From Hormiphora californensis (taxonomy: Eukaryota > Animalia > Ctenophora), in the NCBI GenBank assembly GCA_020137815.1, contig CM035360.1:2480001-2544000 (forward strand): a stretch of 64,000 nt of DNA. Direction: 5' to 3'. Each line of letters opens with the position of its first letter. Position 1 is the first letter of the stretch. Positions 36,713 through 52,446 of this stretch are shown here, one piece after another. A program made the position numbers and the translations under genes. Under the pieces are notes generated by a model. The model had not been told where the DNA came from, did no database searches, and worked only from the letters and a program-made list of their open reading frames with translations.

Positions 36713-38215
36713 CTAGTTGTATCCAGGGGTGGTACATCCAGTTACTTTCTGCAGCTCAGAATGGTTCTTCAACGTCTAAAATACAAGGTTTTGTTAGGAT
36801 TAGAACATTTGATTGTATCCTTGGGTTGTCCTAAAAAGGAACTGCAGTATAAGACATTCCCGGCACATACTAATTTCTATCTAGTTACAACCTACCCTTC
36901 CATTGTATGCAAGGTAAGGAGTGTAGGGGGATCCAGTTAGTCGCTTTTTGTACAACTTAATTTCATCGTGAGTCAAGAAATCGTTAATCTCGTACAGCTC
37001 AATATCAGAATCAGGGATGCCTTTGGAATTGGGAAGTGTACACTGTACATGGTAAAGAGCTCATCAAGAGTGATTGGGTTATCCTTTCGAGGGATCTAGC
37101 TCACAGTAAGTGGTACTCACCGACTTCCTTGAGGCATTTCTTAGCAGCAGCACAGTGGGGACAGAAGACCTTTGATAGCATAAAGAACCTTCCACCCACA
37201 CTCCTTCTCCTCCCCTCATCCACAAATGTCATTGCAGCTCTCATCAACAGCTCCTGTTCGTACACTGCTTTTGATCCCTCCCCTGTGTAGTATGACATCA
37301 TGGTGTTTTCTAGGCCACCAACGTACTGAGAAGGGGGAGGTATGGGGTCATAAAACTCCTGTCAGGTGCTGAGTGCTGACCCACTGCTGACCTTGGTAAC
37401 GAAGTTACCCCTCTGTCGAGGGCATTGCGATAGTAAGGCACGTTTTAGCGTGCCCGCAATGTAGGGGGAACTGCGTTACCAACTGCTGACCCTAGATGTT
37501 ATCATTGTACAGTGTACTTGTGTACAATGTGTACAATGTACACAAGTGGCATCTTTTTTCAAGCAATTGATCTACCGAAACCTGAAATGATGATGTGAGC
37601 CACAGAAAGATTTCACACCTTTTGTTCCATATCTTACCTGCCTTCCAACGAAGACCTGTGGTAGGGAGGTACTGTAGTTGCTATAAGAACGCTGGATGTA
37701 ATTCAGCATTCCCTGGGGGTCCACAGTGGGCTTATCTGCCATGTCATCAGCATTGATCCGGGATATCTTTCTGGCAGGCCAACCTGGGTGAATAATCAAT
37801 ATATCACCTCCCCCTAACTAACATGATGGTCTGGTAATACTTGGTAACGAAGTAACCCCTCCCGGCTCCCTTACCAGCGTGTTAGAGAGTGGTTACCATG
37901 GTAATACCAGTTTGTGGATTGTGGGATAACACAGATCCGAAGGATATGAACATGAACATGTTCCTGTTTTGAAGAAAATCTGCCCGATAAATCCTCTTAC
38001 CCATTGTTACTCAACAACTTACCCATTCTTGTGGCGTAGTTCTGAGCCTTATCACACTCTTCACACTCCGTAGTACCAACAATAACTACCCCGTACGTAG
38101 CTCTACTTATCTCTATGTACATCTTGTCCATCATGGTGTAGGATCCTCCCGCCGTACAGTTTAGAGTGGGTTCAGAGTTGCAGTCATCACAGCCATTTGT
38201 AGTAACAAAACTGGG

Positions 38216-38273
<58 letters not shown>

Positions 38274-38334
38274 GCGCGTATGTAACGGGATGTCCTTACC
38301 TTGAGGCAATTACAACAAGGATAAAAGAAATCAT
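36713..38334 (-). CDS. Signal-peptide, two-domain glutaredoxin-like protein (CEEC + CPHC), ~253 aa
   Basis: Exons 38300-38334, 38023-38210, 37638-37783, 37121-37325, 36896-37020, 36713-36775 (762 nt in frame); MISFILVVIASSFVTTNG signal; SLPQVFVGRQYVGG and SKVFCPHC Grx motifs. Confidence 0.88.
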
Positions 38335-39227
38335 ACTGGAGAACAGAAACTAAAATTGTGCTACTGTGTGACCCTCTGTCATTGTGGCTCAGTACTTTAA
38401 TTCCTTTAGCACTTTTTCTATCCCACATGGTGACAGCTGTCAAAGAGAAACCTGTCAAATCTTGTGGAACTCACGCCATATGATCACAGCGCTGGCAAGT
38501 AAATATCATGTTATCCAGCGCTACAGCCCCGATCTGAGTACACAAAGAACTCAAAACGGGGTCCGCGGCGCCACCCAGACTGCCCAGATATGTTGTATTA
38601 CTCAGGATGAGCCCTGGTCGTTTGATAAGACACTTTCTAAATGTTCCTGGAACATTGTTCCCCCTCTTCACATTTCCCTGTGAATTTCTTCAATCTTTCC
38701 TTCTCTATCTTTCCTTCACTTTGACAATTATAACCCTTCTGTCTATAACCCTCTCCTTTGAACGGGATTATAATTCTAGCACTGGGCTGAGATATGTGAC
38801 ATGTAGTTGTGGGGTCTTTAGTAATTGCTCTCCTTGATCTTGGTTATAACATGGTCTCAACAAGACCTAAATCGTGGGAGACTAATTAGTCTCCCGGAGA
38901 CTTGTTATGTTCTAACCCTCTAACCCTCTAACCCTCTAACCCTCGCGAAAAGGGGATCGAGCAAGGCAATGGGAGACTGGGCCCAGGGAGAGGGACGATG
39001 GCATCGTTATCAATATCATGTGGATTGTGGAGTGTGTCAGTATGTCAGTACGTGCATGTGTTTCAGTATGTTTATTTTGACGTGTACAGCTCACCTTGTT
39101 CCAATCAGCCTAATGAGAGAAGCTCCCCACAAAGAATAAAAGATAGAAAGAGAGAGAGAGAGAGAGAGAGAAAAAGGGAGAGAAGGTTGCTTGAAATGAG
39201 ATTGAGACTGGTTTCTTTCGCACTTTT

Positions 39228-39690
<463 letters not shown>

Positions 39691-40302
39691 TATCACTTCA
39701 GAGAGGGATCAAATGCAGCCTATTGATGATAGCCGAAGTAGCCCAGACACACCTCCTCACATAGACAGAGATCAAGTAGGCTTGTGCCGCCCCTACAAAG
39801 TACGTGCCAAGACCCTAAGTGTACAACTACCGCCACTCTTTGAGTGACAGGGAGGTTGTTCAACCTTCTCTGGCCCCTGATTCAAACAGGTCTGCTTTCG
39901 AGTTGTTGAACAACAACTTTCGAAGGCAACTGTGCATACTGGGCGAGTTGACTTTATGAGAGATCAGATTCATACAACATGAATATGGTTCTTAAAAGAA
40001 CATGATTTGTGGAGATAATTCGATCATGTTTGTTTTTTGAACAGATGTTGGGAAAAATAACTACTGAAATCCAGAAATCCACGTCTCCACAAGAAAGCTT
40101 TCTTCTTTGTGCTGGTAAACCATTTAGCCTTTTCTAACCAACTTTAAATAGTGTCAATAGAATCAGGAAAGAGAAGGAGAGAGAAAGAAAGAGAAATGCG
40201 AGAAATAAAGATAGCGAGATAGAGAGATAGGAAGACGAACACCTGCCAACCTACTTAAAAAGAGCTGTGAATGTAAAGACAGATTTTAGATCTCCTATAA
40301 AA

Positions 40303-40711
40303 ATGTTTAAGTTTGTCGTTTTTGTCGCTGCGCTAGCTAGGTAAGCGGTATCCGGAACCCCATCGGCCCCTCTCTAGTCTCTAACCTATGAATTCTAGTA
40401 TATAGCGTATAAACTTCCCCCAACCTCTCTACCCCGGCTCTCCTCACCTCTCCCCTTCCCAACTTCTCTCTCCCAACTTCTCTCCCTCCCCACCTCTCCC
40501 TCCCCCACCTATCTCCAGTGTGTACGGTGCCTGGGATCCTCCCAACTGCGATGACGTTCCTCGAGATGACGCTGTAGCCAAGGATCTGGATGCCCGAATC
40601 CAGGGTAACAAGGTCTTTATTGTCGGGTATACCTACTGCAAATACTGCAAGATCGCCAAGGATTATCTTGACAGAATGGGTAAGAAGCGAGATGTTATCT
40701 TTATCTCTCCA

Positions 40712-40764
<53 letters not shown>

Positions 40765-43042
40765 AATATGAATGGTGTAGCTAGTGAAAACTGACCACAT
40801 AACCAAAAATCTCTTCTCAGGATTCAGTCTCGAGAATGATGTTGAGGTACTGAACTTGGATGAAGTTGACAATGGAGAGGCTATCAGACAATACGCTTAC
40901 TGCCAGTATACTAAAGCACACAACCACAAATCCATTCCCAAGGTCTTCATCGGACAGAAGGTAATACAGCATGTGTCAGTTGTCATACTACCGCGTGGCC
41001 CAAATTAAAGGGAGGGTACGTTGGCCTTCTTTTCACCCAGAAGTTTAATTTCAATCACTCTGATATTTTGACACAATGTCTGCATGGTTACTCATTCGAG
41101 GAATCCGAAGTTTCAAATCATAAAAGTTGAAAGTTCATTAATGAACTCAATTTTTCGTTTTTCGGGTTTTTTGAGGTTTTCTCTTGATTAAATTCGATTT
41201 TATTATTTAAAAAACCGCCATACAGTAGAGCAAGTATCAACAAATGGCAATCTGAATTTTTATTAAAATTGAATCAAGTTTAGTGGGTGAAATAAATTAT
41301 TTAAAGATGATATTTTTTACCAAACATCGATTTTGACCTGTTTTGACCAGAAATCGGTAAATTCAGGCGCTTAAAATCTGTACGGCCACTACACTTGATC
41401 AATTTTGATGTTAGTCGGAATTTAAGCTCTCTATCTTAAAATTCATTTTTCCGACTGGAATGAATCCTAAATGAACTTGAAAACAGGAATGCTTTTTGGA
41501 ACCGGAATTTCACAGTCGCCTTCGGGTATCGATTTACTTTCAAATGCGACTAATTTGAGCTCAATTAGACCACCACAAGAGACACAGTGTCTAGTTATCT
41601 AACCCTAGGTTTGGTCATCTGACACCTAATGAGACGATAGCGTCATTACTAAGTGCCAATAAGCAGGTGTAACGGACGAGTATCACGTATCACGTCTGCT
41701 AATGAGGATGGTGTACCGATACAGCATCCGTCAAAATGTAAGCTCTCTTGCTAACACGTCATAATTTGATGGGGATCACATGACTTACCCTAGGCTTAGA
41801 AAACGGATCACTGTGATTCTTGTGGTGATCCAATTAAGCTCAAACTGGTCCCATTCGAAAGGAAATCGATAGCCAAACAAATTTGTGAAATTTTGGTACC
41901 GAAATATGGTCCCATATTGGTATTCATTCAATGTTCATTCGGTTGAAAAAAATGAACTTTTATCCAGAGGGCTGAAACTTCTGATTCCTCGAATGAGTAA
42001 CCATGCAGACATTGTATCAAAATATCAGAGTGATTGAAATTAAACTTCTGGGTGAAAAGAAGGCCAACGTACCCTCCCTTTAATTTGGGCCACGCGGTAT
42101 ATGACTGTAATGTTGCGCACAGTTCGGCCCGGTTCTGAGAGGGCCGTCTTTTTTAGACATGTGGTCAGAGGATCGCTTGGTCGTTTGTCTATCAAATCGA
42201 TTTATTCTAATTTTCTGCTCCTCTCCAGTTTGTTGGAGGTGGAAGTGAAACAAGGATGTTGTACTACACTGGCGACGGAATCAACATGGCCAAGAAAATG
42301 GGCCTCATCAACTATACCATGTAAGAGTGATTTGTCATTTGTTGCGTCGTTGTGAGAGTGGTTGTTGCTCCTCCGCCAGACACTTACAAACAAAGCATTT
42401 CCATAGATCCCTGATATACACCTAGTTACCTAGTTACCTAGTTACCTAGTTACCCTCTACATATACGTGATGTATAAGGATGTGTAACATATATATGTTC
42501 CTTTATTCCAGGGCCCGGATCTACACCAAATTTGCTGCTATTGATTTTGTCGATGAGGGAAGGGAGAGGAGCGAGGGCAAAAAGTTCTTTGTTCTTTCAA
42601 AAGTTATTTGCCCCCACTGTCTCCAGGCTAAGAAATGCCTCGCGGAAGTCGGTGAGTTGTTTACCCAAACTCTAAAGGTTTGTTTCTATTCCGGATCTAT
42701 TCGGTTCGCATTGAATATTGACCCAGTAGGAACAGTTCAACCCCCTCCCCCCAGGTATCCCTGATTCTGATATTGAGCTGTACGAGATTAACGATTTCTT
42801 GACTCACGATGAAATTAAGTCGTACAAAAAGCGACTAACTGGATCCCCCTACACTCCTTACCTTGCATACAATGGAAGGGTAGGTAGTTTGTAGAATTCC
42901 CATTACGACAACTTTTCTAATATGTTTCAATATATTTGACAAACTTTTTATTTTGGGGCCTTAATTTGATCCCATATTTCAGACGTTGAAGAACCACAAG
43001 GAGCTCCAGGAGGCTACAGGATGTACCACCCCTGGATATTAA
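40303..43042 (+). CDS. Signal-peptide, two-domain glutaredoxin-like protein (CKYC + CPHC), ~251 aa
   Basis: Exons 40303-40340, 40519-40679, 40821-40960, 42229-42320, 42512-42651, 42755-42879, 42983-43042 (756 nt in frame); MFKFVVFVAALASVYGA signal; NKVFIVGYTYCKYCKIAK, SIPKVFIGQKFVGGG, SKVICPHC. Confidence 0.92.
40991..42097. mobile_element. TA-flanked non-autonomous Tc1/mariner-type element in glutaredoxin intron 3
   Basis: TA|CCGCGTGGCCCAAATTAAAGGG... ~115-bp TIR ...GGGCCACGCGG|TA. Confidence 0.85.
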
Positions 43043-44538
43043 AGAGCTGACTTCGGAAACATAATGAACATTAAACAAGAAACTGAAGCTCATAAAAGTT
43101 AACTTATTGGTGTTCAAGTTTGAGTTATGAAACCGTTGTTTTATTGAATCGAATGGTTGCTATTGGAGGATTCAACAGGGAAACTATTAACTTGTCCTTA
43201 GAGTGAGTCACTTATGACAGCCGTCCTTGGCCGACATCTGGATTTTGGGATTTATGGCCTGGTCCGGCCAACTTGAAGCACAGCCGCTGACTTCGTGCTG
43301 TGGTGTAGGGCGCGGAACAGTTTTTATGCAACAAGTACGACGCGCGCGCTCTACATCGTGGGAAATTTGACAGGCGTGGGAAAATATAAAAAATAAAAAC
43401 AGGGTGCGACTCCGGATCTTGGCACGGTCGCGGTGTTCATGTTCCCATTCTCGGCTCATTTCTTTCACACTGTTGCCCAGCCCACCTCCTTCAAAATGGT
43501 AGTATCCGGAACCCAATCTGGCTCCCTATTCCCAACCAGCCAGACTATGTAGACAGCTGAGTCCAAAAAGAAGAAACACATCGACTTAGTGAAGGTGCAG
43601 TTTTTTACTGCAAAATAGAAAGTTTGTATACATGTCACAAAAACATAGAATCTCTCAATCTCATCAGATACATTCTCACACACACTCAGATCTGTGGCGA
43701 TAGGGAGATGGGCACCACGATATATCATCTTGTCTTTCCTTGAACAAATATCATCATATCTGGTCACAGAGATACTACTTTTCAATATATTTCCATAACT
43801 CTTACATACTTTCAAGAAGTTGAATGGTTAACAAAATTAAATACTATTAAATAAACACAAAACAAATAGTATTACGTTAAACGTACTGTAGTGTAGCAGT
43901 TTTAACACACGCTTACTTAACATCTTTCTCATCTTAAAACATGCAAAAAATCATGTGAAGACACAGACACTCACACACAAGTATCATGACAGTAAACTCT
44001 CGATTTACTGGCGGCACCATCCCGATCTTAGCGCACTCTCGCAATTGAGAATCAAAACGGGGTCCGACAGACAGCAAATCACCAGAGTCACTGTTATAAT
44101 ATTAGCACAACCCAGGCCAGTATAATAGATAGAAACACCAAAGTATAAAATGTAGCAGAGCTTTATCCAACCCCTGATAAAAAGTCGTGGTCTGATAACA
44201 CCGCAGTATTAAACTCTAGAAAGCCCTAAAATAAATTTAAAGGGTGTTAAAAAATGTAGCACTATGTGTAAAAGATAGCGGGTAGGTAAAAGTTAAGTCA
44301 ATTAATTAATTAATTAATCTAAACTTTCCCTACCATCGCTTAGTAAAACCCTGTGTTGCACGCTAGAAGATGTTAAAATGGGATAAAAAGAAATAAAATG
44401 TATAAATATTGTGTAGGGGTATGGGGGCCGTACAATGTCCTTATTGTATGAACAACAGATTTGCAGTCTCACATGTTCTCAAGATTACTGCTTATATCAA
44501 TTGTATATTGTTCTCATAAACACACAAGTTCTCAAAAT

Positions 44539-46683
44539 CTATTGTATTGTTCGGACAGGAACCTGTCTCGGCCTCTGGGCTCTCCGTCTCTGTTCCTGAA
44601 GGTTCTGGTGACTGCACATAAAGAGACCCACACAGGCCACCTTGTAACATATATCCATCATCACGCTGACATACTGCCCCAGATCGGCAGTCATGTTCAA
44701 TCGGGCGGTGTGGACTAGAGATACCCGGGCACCCGTTAGAGCGATCACCTCTTGGACGGGTGAGCGGGGATAACAGGGCATTGGTCGGGTTATCTCCCCG
44801 CGGAGTGGGGAGGGAGGTGGGAGGGTGATGGTGGGTGATTCGAGGCTGCTACAGTCACTGCTGCTGGAGGAGGATGGGCGTCTTCCGTAGGGGCTGTCCC
44901 GGACCCATCGGCCACGGGGCATGTCAACCGTTAACTGAGGAGATTTGGTGTTAACTAACCATTTGGTGTTAACTAACCATTTACACACTATATCCCTCTA
45001 ATACAACCCATATTCAAGTTTCCATTTCTACCCCTCTAGCTCTCGAAGCTGTAACCCGTCTTATACAATAATTTAATTAATTAATTCAATTAATTAAACT
45101 CACCTTCATATTAGCTCCCTCATGAATGTTCATATGTTTCCTCCGGCTGCTGACGTGCCCAAATGCCTTGCCACAGATATGACACGCATACGGTCTCTCT
45201 CCTGTATGGACCCTCATGTGCTGTTTTAGATTGCTTGATACAGAGAACTGTTTGCCGCAACCGGGCTCTGGGCACCTGAAAAATGGACCGGGTTAGGGAT
45301 CACATGAGGCGGTAGTTAACCATCAATTCCTCTTTCTGTCTCTCTTTCTATATTCCTATCGCTCTCTCTCCCCTCTCTCCCTGTCTATGTTAAACTCAAA
45401 GTGGTGTGATTTTGACGACGTGTTATCAGCAGGGTGGAATTGACCCTACTGCATTTAGTATTGACCCGGTGCCTGGTCAATAAAGTACGGTACCAGACTA
45501 CCACTAGGCACCGTCACCTCCCGGGGTGTCCTGTACTGTGGACGATAAGAGCACTGCCTACTAAATCTGTTCTAGCGGCCCAGTGACAAATTGCCTTGGA
45601 AGGGCGGGTTTTAGATAATTTAGAATTTAGATAAAACTGCTGATTTCCAGTATCTACTGCAGAACAGATTGGAAATTTAATTATTTTTCAATTCTCCTTC
45701 CAACTGGACTTTTTGGCATTTTGTACTTTCAGGGGGGGGGGGGGGGGGGGGTCGAAGAAGAAGAAGGGGGGGTCTGTTGTGGGGCGGTCCCCAATCAATA
45801 CCAAATATGGGGGTCGGGAAAGAATGGAAGGAATTGATTGAAAGACCCCAGAGAAACGAACAATTTTCCCCGTCTAGTGTCTGACTGTGGTCTGGCTAGA
45901 AATCCTGTCTTTTTTATCTAACAGGTTTTTTGGAGACAGTGTCAGGCGATTCAACAAGTTTTCTAAACATAACGACTATCTTACTAGTCTTGTGATATAA
46001 ATTAGATTAGCCCTGCCTGTACATAACTGTCCGTATTACATGTGACTGAAAAGAGACGGAAAAAAAGATAAAAATTTCAGCCCTAACCTAGAATTCTAGT
46101 TGAGCCCCCCCCCCCCCCCGGCCGGGTGAGGTAGTGAGTAGTGTGCGAGCAGATGCTGTAGGTTTGACAATAGAAAATATCGTGATCTAATTATGTAACT
46201 AATATTTAATCACTCTCTCAAACATCTTGTTACTATTAGATTTGCTATTAAAACTCTTCTATAAACCCCCTAAAAACAACTTACGTGAAAGGGCGCTCTC
46301 CCGTATGAACCCTCATGTGACGCTTTAGGTTGGCCAAATCTGAAAACTCCTTCTGACAACTCTCGTGGGTGCATCGGAACGGTCTGAAAGGGGGGGGGGG
46401 TGTGCGAGTTGTTGTAATTTAACAATAAACTTAGGGCGACATAGAGAGTGAGAGGAAGACACTGATAGAGGAAAGAAGACAGAGGAAAAGAGATATATTA
46501 CCTTTCTCCAGTATGTGTCCTCACATGTGTCCTAAGGTGATCTGACTTGGCAAATGACCGCTGACACCCAAAATGGGGACATTTGAATTTCTTTACGGCT
46601 GGTTTTGCGGTCTTGTATGTTGAGAAGGCCGAGTCTCCGACTAACATCTGGGGCACTTCTAGTAGACCCGGTGGTATTTGCAT
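44539..46683 (-). CDS. C2H2 zinc-finger transcription factor, 4 tandem fingers, ~282 aa
   Basis: Exons 46502-46683, 46285-46383, 45104-45275, 44539-44934; fingers CPHFGC..HVRTH, CTHESC..HMRVH, CPEPGC..HMRVH, CHIC..HMNIH joined by TGERPF/Y linkers. Upstream exons possible. Confidence 0.9.
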
Positions 46684-47659
46684 GCTGGAGGGAAGAATGG
46701 GGTTATTGATATTGTGACACAGTACATGGTAGCAATAGTTGTACAAGAGCTAAACCAAATGATTTAAAAATTAAAACTTTGTCTAACTCCCAGTCACAAT
46801 AAAAGCAAAATCAACACATAAAGAACTGGGGATGAAGACAAAAGGGTGCTGTATTATTGCACTGCCAAAAAAGATTCGATTCGGGCAGGGTAAAACATTA
46901 AAACCAAGGCAGGGGAATAGCTAATTCTAAATCTTACTGCATGTGTAGGCTAGAAAATCGGGGTGCACAAAATCACACAAAAACCACTGTCAATCTCTAG
47001 GTGTATTTTAAATATTCCCACCATCTCTGATTTGTGGTCTCCCCCCCCCCCCCTTCGTAGCGCACTGTCTGCACTCTGCACCAAAAATTAGGACGGAGCA
47101 AGATGAGAGAGGGGTGCAGCAAAATTAAAGGCAGGGTAATAATAATATACAGTGAGGGACAGTGAGGGACCCCCACTGGGGGTCGCGTTATATACGTCAG
47201 TGCCCTCTTGTGTGCGGGATACGTCAGTGCCCTCTTATGTGCGGGAGTGGGATACGTCAGTCTAAGTTCGGTCATTGTTTTAACAATCGAAAAGATAAGA
47301 TTAGAAATTAAGGCTGTAATTCTAGGATAAATATACGTAATGTAAGGTGTAATGTGAGAAGTAATTTGGCAATAATTAATCTAAATCTAATAATATAATT
47401 CAAGAAGGCTACGACATCAACTCCTACTTGTACTTTAATGGTTAGCTCAGAGCACTGACTCCTAACCGGCAGTTCAATAGTGACAAAGACCTCTCAACCG
47501 GCATGGTGACAAAGACCACTCTCTCTCTCTCTCTCTCTCTCTAGTATCGAAGAGGTCGTTATGACATGTCTCCTTTCCCAGAGATGTGATATATTTGGGT
47601 GACGAGGAACCTAGACAACAACAAGAAATCCACGTGGTTATTATCTCAGTATACAGGGG

Positions 47660-47729
<70 letters not shown>

Positions 47730-48399
47730 CACACGTGCTCCATTGTCTTGTTTCACGTGGATTCGACAACACACACGTGCCCTGCGATTACAGTGTTGTT
47801 TGAGAGACTGCATCACTAACGAGGCACTATCACGAGGAATGCAGATTAGGCGACTAAATTAGGAGCTATACTAGTTACTGGTATTAGTTACTGTACCATT
47901 CAATAGTGGTTACTATGGTTACTGTTAGCGCTACTACTGACAGTGGTTACTATGATTACTGTTAGCTCTACTACTGACAGTGGTTACTATGGTTACTGCA
48001 GCTGTACCCAAGAGCACTCTTCAGTAAATAGGGCAAACAATATTGAACGAAACTACCGTCAAGTTAAAATAAATATAAAAGAACAACAGTCCACAAAATG
48101 AATGCTGAATTCATTCTGAATCTAGAACCACCGAAATGACAGTGAGCTGCCCCCTTTTGAAGGCACCGCTACACCATGACCTGACCCCCCATGACAGCGC
48201 ATCTAGTTTTCTTATCTATACATTCTCTCTTTTTCTCTATCCCTTTATCTTCCAGGAATTCTTGTCTTGTCAGTGCCCCAATTAGACACAAAATCAAATC
48301 ATTTGTTATCTATAAATCTCAGAAAAGCAAGCAACGCGACAGGCTACTACTCGCGAGGTAAAATCAATGAGAGAGAAATGAAACCTGTGACCAATGACC

Positions 48400-48536
<137 letters not shown>

Positions 48537-49179
48537 GTGAGAGAGAAGGGCTTGCTAGGGTAGATAGAACGATTAAGTCATGTGAGATTAGAAAGTGTGC
48601 CCACGGTTTTCGCAGAAACAGCCATGGATTTTCAGGAAAGAATCGGTGGTAAATTTTCTAATTTATCGTATTTTTGAGACGCGTGAGATTTTACAGTACA
48701 GGGCTGAATCACGTGACAAAAAAAGGGAATCACGCGACTGGTATAAAGAATTTGATAATGAAGTGTCCGTTAATTTCACAACTCTGTGATGAGACCTATT
48801 ATCGGATTGGGACCCTTTAGGGGCGAGGTTGGGGGCTAGTCATCTTGACAAGATCCTCTCTCTCACTCTCACCCCTCTCTCTCCCTCTCTCTCCCTCTCT
48901 CTCCTTGTTTCACAACAGTATGCAATACAATGAGTCATTAAAAAAGAGCTGCGTCAGTACACGTGGTTCCTATATCTTTTTAATCCTTGCCCCACCCATT
49001 GTCAGCCCATGTGGACAAGATGGAGGGGGCTGTGATGGAGAGGGGGGCTGTGATGGAGAGGGGGCTGTGATGGAGGGGTGCATACAGGCAGTTATATAAC
49101 CCTCAATAACTAGTTGTTGAGGGTGTCCTCGTGGACTCGACCATGCCCGTAGCACTCTGTTTGTCCCACGCTGTTTTTA

Positions 49180-49217
<38 letters not shown>

Positions 49218-49221
49218 TATA

Positions 49222-49296
<75 letters not shown>

Positions 49297-50561
49297 ACAC
49301 TATATCTTTCTCTCTCTATCTTTCTCTCACTCTCTCCCTCTCTATCACGCTAGTCATAAGCCCTACCCGCCAATTGACTACAGACTTGGTACTACTCGAC
49401 TTGCTTTTCCCATTTTCAACAAGGGGACAAGAACAGCTTAAGGGCACTAATTACCAACTAATTATACAATCAAATAATTTCCTAGCTAATTAGCTTCTTT
49501 GCAGGAATATGAAAACAGTTCCTGTCACTATAAAAACTTGGATATAATATGTTTTACCCTGTTACTCAACAAGTATAGCCTGATAATTATGCTGCTATAA
49601 CAATAATACTGTGGCGATGACAAAGCTAAACATCAACGCTCTAATTTTTAGCGAAACATAGGGGAAAATTTTCCCCGTGAGAAATTAATTTTTTGGTTTA
49701 AAGTGGGAAACGGAAAATGGAAATGGCCGAAAACCCTTTTAAAAATTTTTAAAAATTCTACCCTTTTTCCCCCTTTTCTTTTTCCCCTTTTCTTTTCCCC
49801 TTTTTCCCTTCCCCCTTTTCTTTTCCCCTTTTCCCCCTTTTCCTTCCCCCCCCCTTCCCCCCCCCCCCTTTTTTTTTCCCCCCCCTTTCCCCCCCTTTTT
49901 CCCTTCCCTCTCCCCCCTTCCCTTTTCCACTCAAAAAGGGAAAGGGGGGGGAAGTCCCTTTAATTCTTCCCCCTCCCCAATTAAACCCCCCCAAAAACTA
50001 TTTGATTCGTTCAAAATGTTAAAGGGTGGTCCCCCTGGTATGGGTTTTTTCCCCCCCATTTGACAATTAGGAAAAACCCACCAAATTTAAAAAAAAAGGG
50101 GAAAAAATTTTCCAAAATCGTTATAACATCATACTTTTCCCGTTCAAAAAAACCCCCAATGGGGGGGGGAAAACCCTTTTGGGGACGGGAATTGGGGAGG
50201 AGAGAGAGAGAGGGGAAAAGAGAAGAGATTAGAGAGAGGGAGAGAGGAGAAAAGGAAAAGAGAGAGAGAGAAAATTAAATTAAAAAACAAAACTTAAAAA
50301 TTAAATAAAACAAGATTAAACCCCAACCCCCCCCCCCCAAATAAAAAAATTTTTCCCCAAAGGGGAAAAAAAAAAAACCCACAAAAAAGTCACCCCCTTT
50401 TGGGATTGTAAACCCCAAAGGGCCCCCCCCCCAAAGGGGCATGTAGAAGATACGATATAGACTCAGTTATCTGAACAAGCAGTCCCCTTACACCAAGTGG
50501 TGATGTTCCCATTCTGGGTTAGGAAGCCTTCCATGAGGTTTCTATACACGTGACACGCTTT

Positions 50562-50594
<33 letters not shown>

Positions 50595-52446
50595 GAGGAG
50601 AGTGGGGGAGGAAGAGGGGAAAGAGAGTGAGAGAGAGAAGAGGGGAGAGGGGAAAGAGAGGGGAGAGAGAGAGGAGAGAGAGAAAAAAAAAAGGGAAAGG
50701 GGCCCCCTGGAAAAAAAGACTGTCAAATTCAACGGGGTCTTAACTGCGATTAACCCGCCCGCGCCCTTCCTCAACTTTTAACGGCAATTAAAATACATGG
50801 GTAATTGGACAAGCTTATGCTGGCTTGTTTTCAGAGCCCTAATTACGTCATTTTGTGATTGTGAAACCATCACCAATCTTGGCCATCCCTAACTCTATAG
50901 CCTATATTGATCTCAAACAGTCATTAGCAGCATGTTTATATCCATGAATTGCCTCAACTTTTTAACAACTTCAGACCGTGGTAATCCCCTAATTATATAA
51001 TTACCCAGGTCTGCCCGTGGATGGGGCCCAGGGGCGCACTCACACGAGCCTCAGTACACACGAGCCCTGTGCAGTAATATACAGCAACATATATCAACCT
51101 CATGACATACCGGCACAATATATTGCACCTCCCCCCTCTACTACTACTACCCCTCACTCACCCAAACAGCCCTAAGGACCACTGCCACGTTCACTAATGT
51201 GTTCCCAGTAATGTTCCCACAATAAAATTGAGGGAGTTTGGTTTTATATATAATATTTCAAATGGGATGCCGCTTGATTTATTATCGCCAACAAGACTTA
51301 TCGGAAGGATGGCATGGCGGCATCGGGCCTGATGGTAAAGGCACAATATGTGCAGTACGGTCAACATACACAGAGCTTTTCAAAAGAATTTTGTAGATCC
51401 AGTGAATAAAATGGCAAAACTAGATCAATGACTAGGCCTAGCTAGGCGTGGCTATATTGAACTAGTTACATATTGCGATTATATGCTGTCCAATTCTAAC
51501 ACATTTAACAAAGTCATCTGTAGAACAGTTGTTGGAGGACCTGCAGCTCTTTATATATTGCTCAAGAAGGGAACGTGGTCAGGTAGTCGAGGGTACTTAA
51601 TGGAAACTAACTGTGTTGTGCATACCTGAGTTATGTTTAAACTCTTCTAGGCTCAATAAGTTCTGTGTAATCTTTAGCTTCTGCACTCTGCAGAATCAAG
51701 AAACTGGTGAAGGTCGACAGAATTATTACTTAGTTGGACCTCGATTTACCGGCCCCCGATTTACAAAACCCTTTCCCCCGGTAAATCGGAGTCCGAGGGG
51801 TTTGAAGCTGTTAAAACAAAATAGTTAGCTCTAGTTTCATAACCGGGTAACACCTTTTGTAACACATTGTAGTCACTGTGTCAGTAGCAACACATATAAT
51901 ATAGGTTCCAACTAGTAACACATTATGTAGGTTCCTAGTCGATAGAAGACGGCTTTGTAACCCTTCTTTTGTGAAAGAGGTTCGAGTAATGCAACACACA
52001 TGCAGATTGCAGGTTCGAGTAATGCAGCACGCATAGGTTCCTATCGCCATATAGGTCACACTTGTTTAACAAACACACGGTAAACTAATTCCTTAACGAT
52101 ATAAACACTAACTAGAGTCAGAGAGCATGAATCATGAGTGAGTCAGCGACCATGAATAGTGAGCCCTTATAGTGAGATAAACTTTAGTGCGTGAATAATG
52201 AGCCCTTATAGTGAGATAAACTTTAGTGCGTGAATAATGAGCCCTGATGGTAAATCATGAGTCCTGAGTGAGTTAATTAAGGAACTGTGAGCCCCTGCGT
52301 GTCCCTTGAATCAAGGGGCACGCAGGGCCTTGATCAAATATGAGCTAGAAATCAAGGACATTATGGCCTCACTATACATAACGAGCAGTGAGATTGCTGA
52401 CTCCCACGCTCTTATTATTATAATATGACCAGGAGCAACTGATTAG

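Noticed and set aside
43465-43815. 116-aa minus ORF with a vaguely chromodomain-like YIVWLVGNREPDWVP segment
   Set aside because: Could not be linked into a consistent exon chain; weak similarity only.
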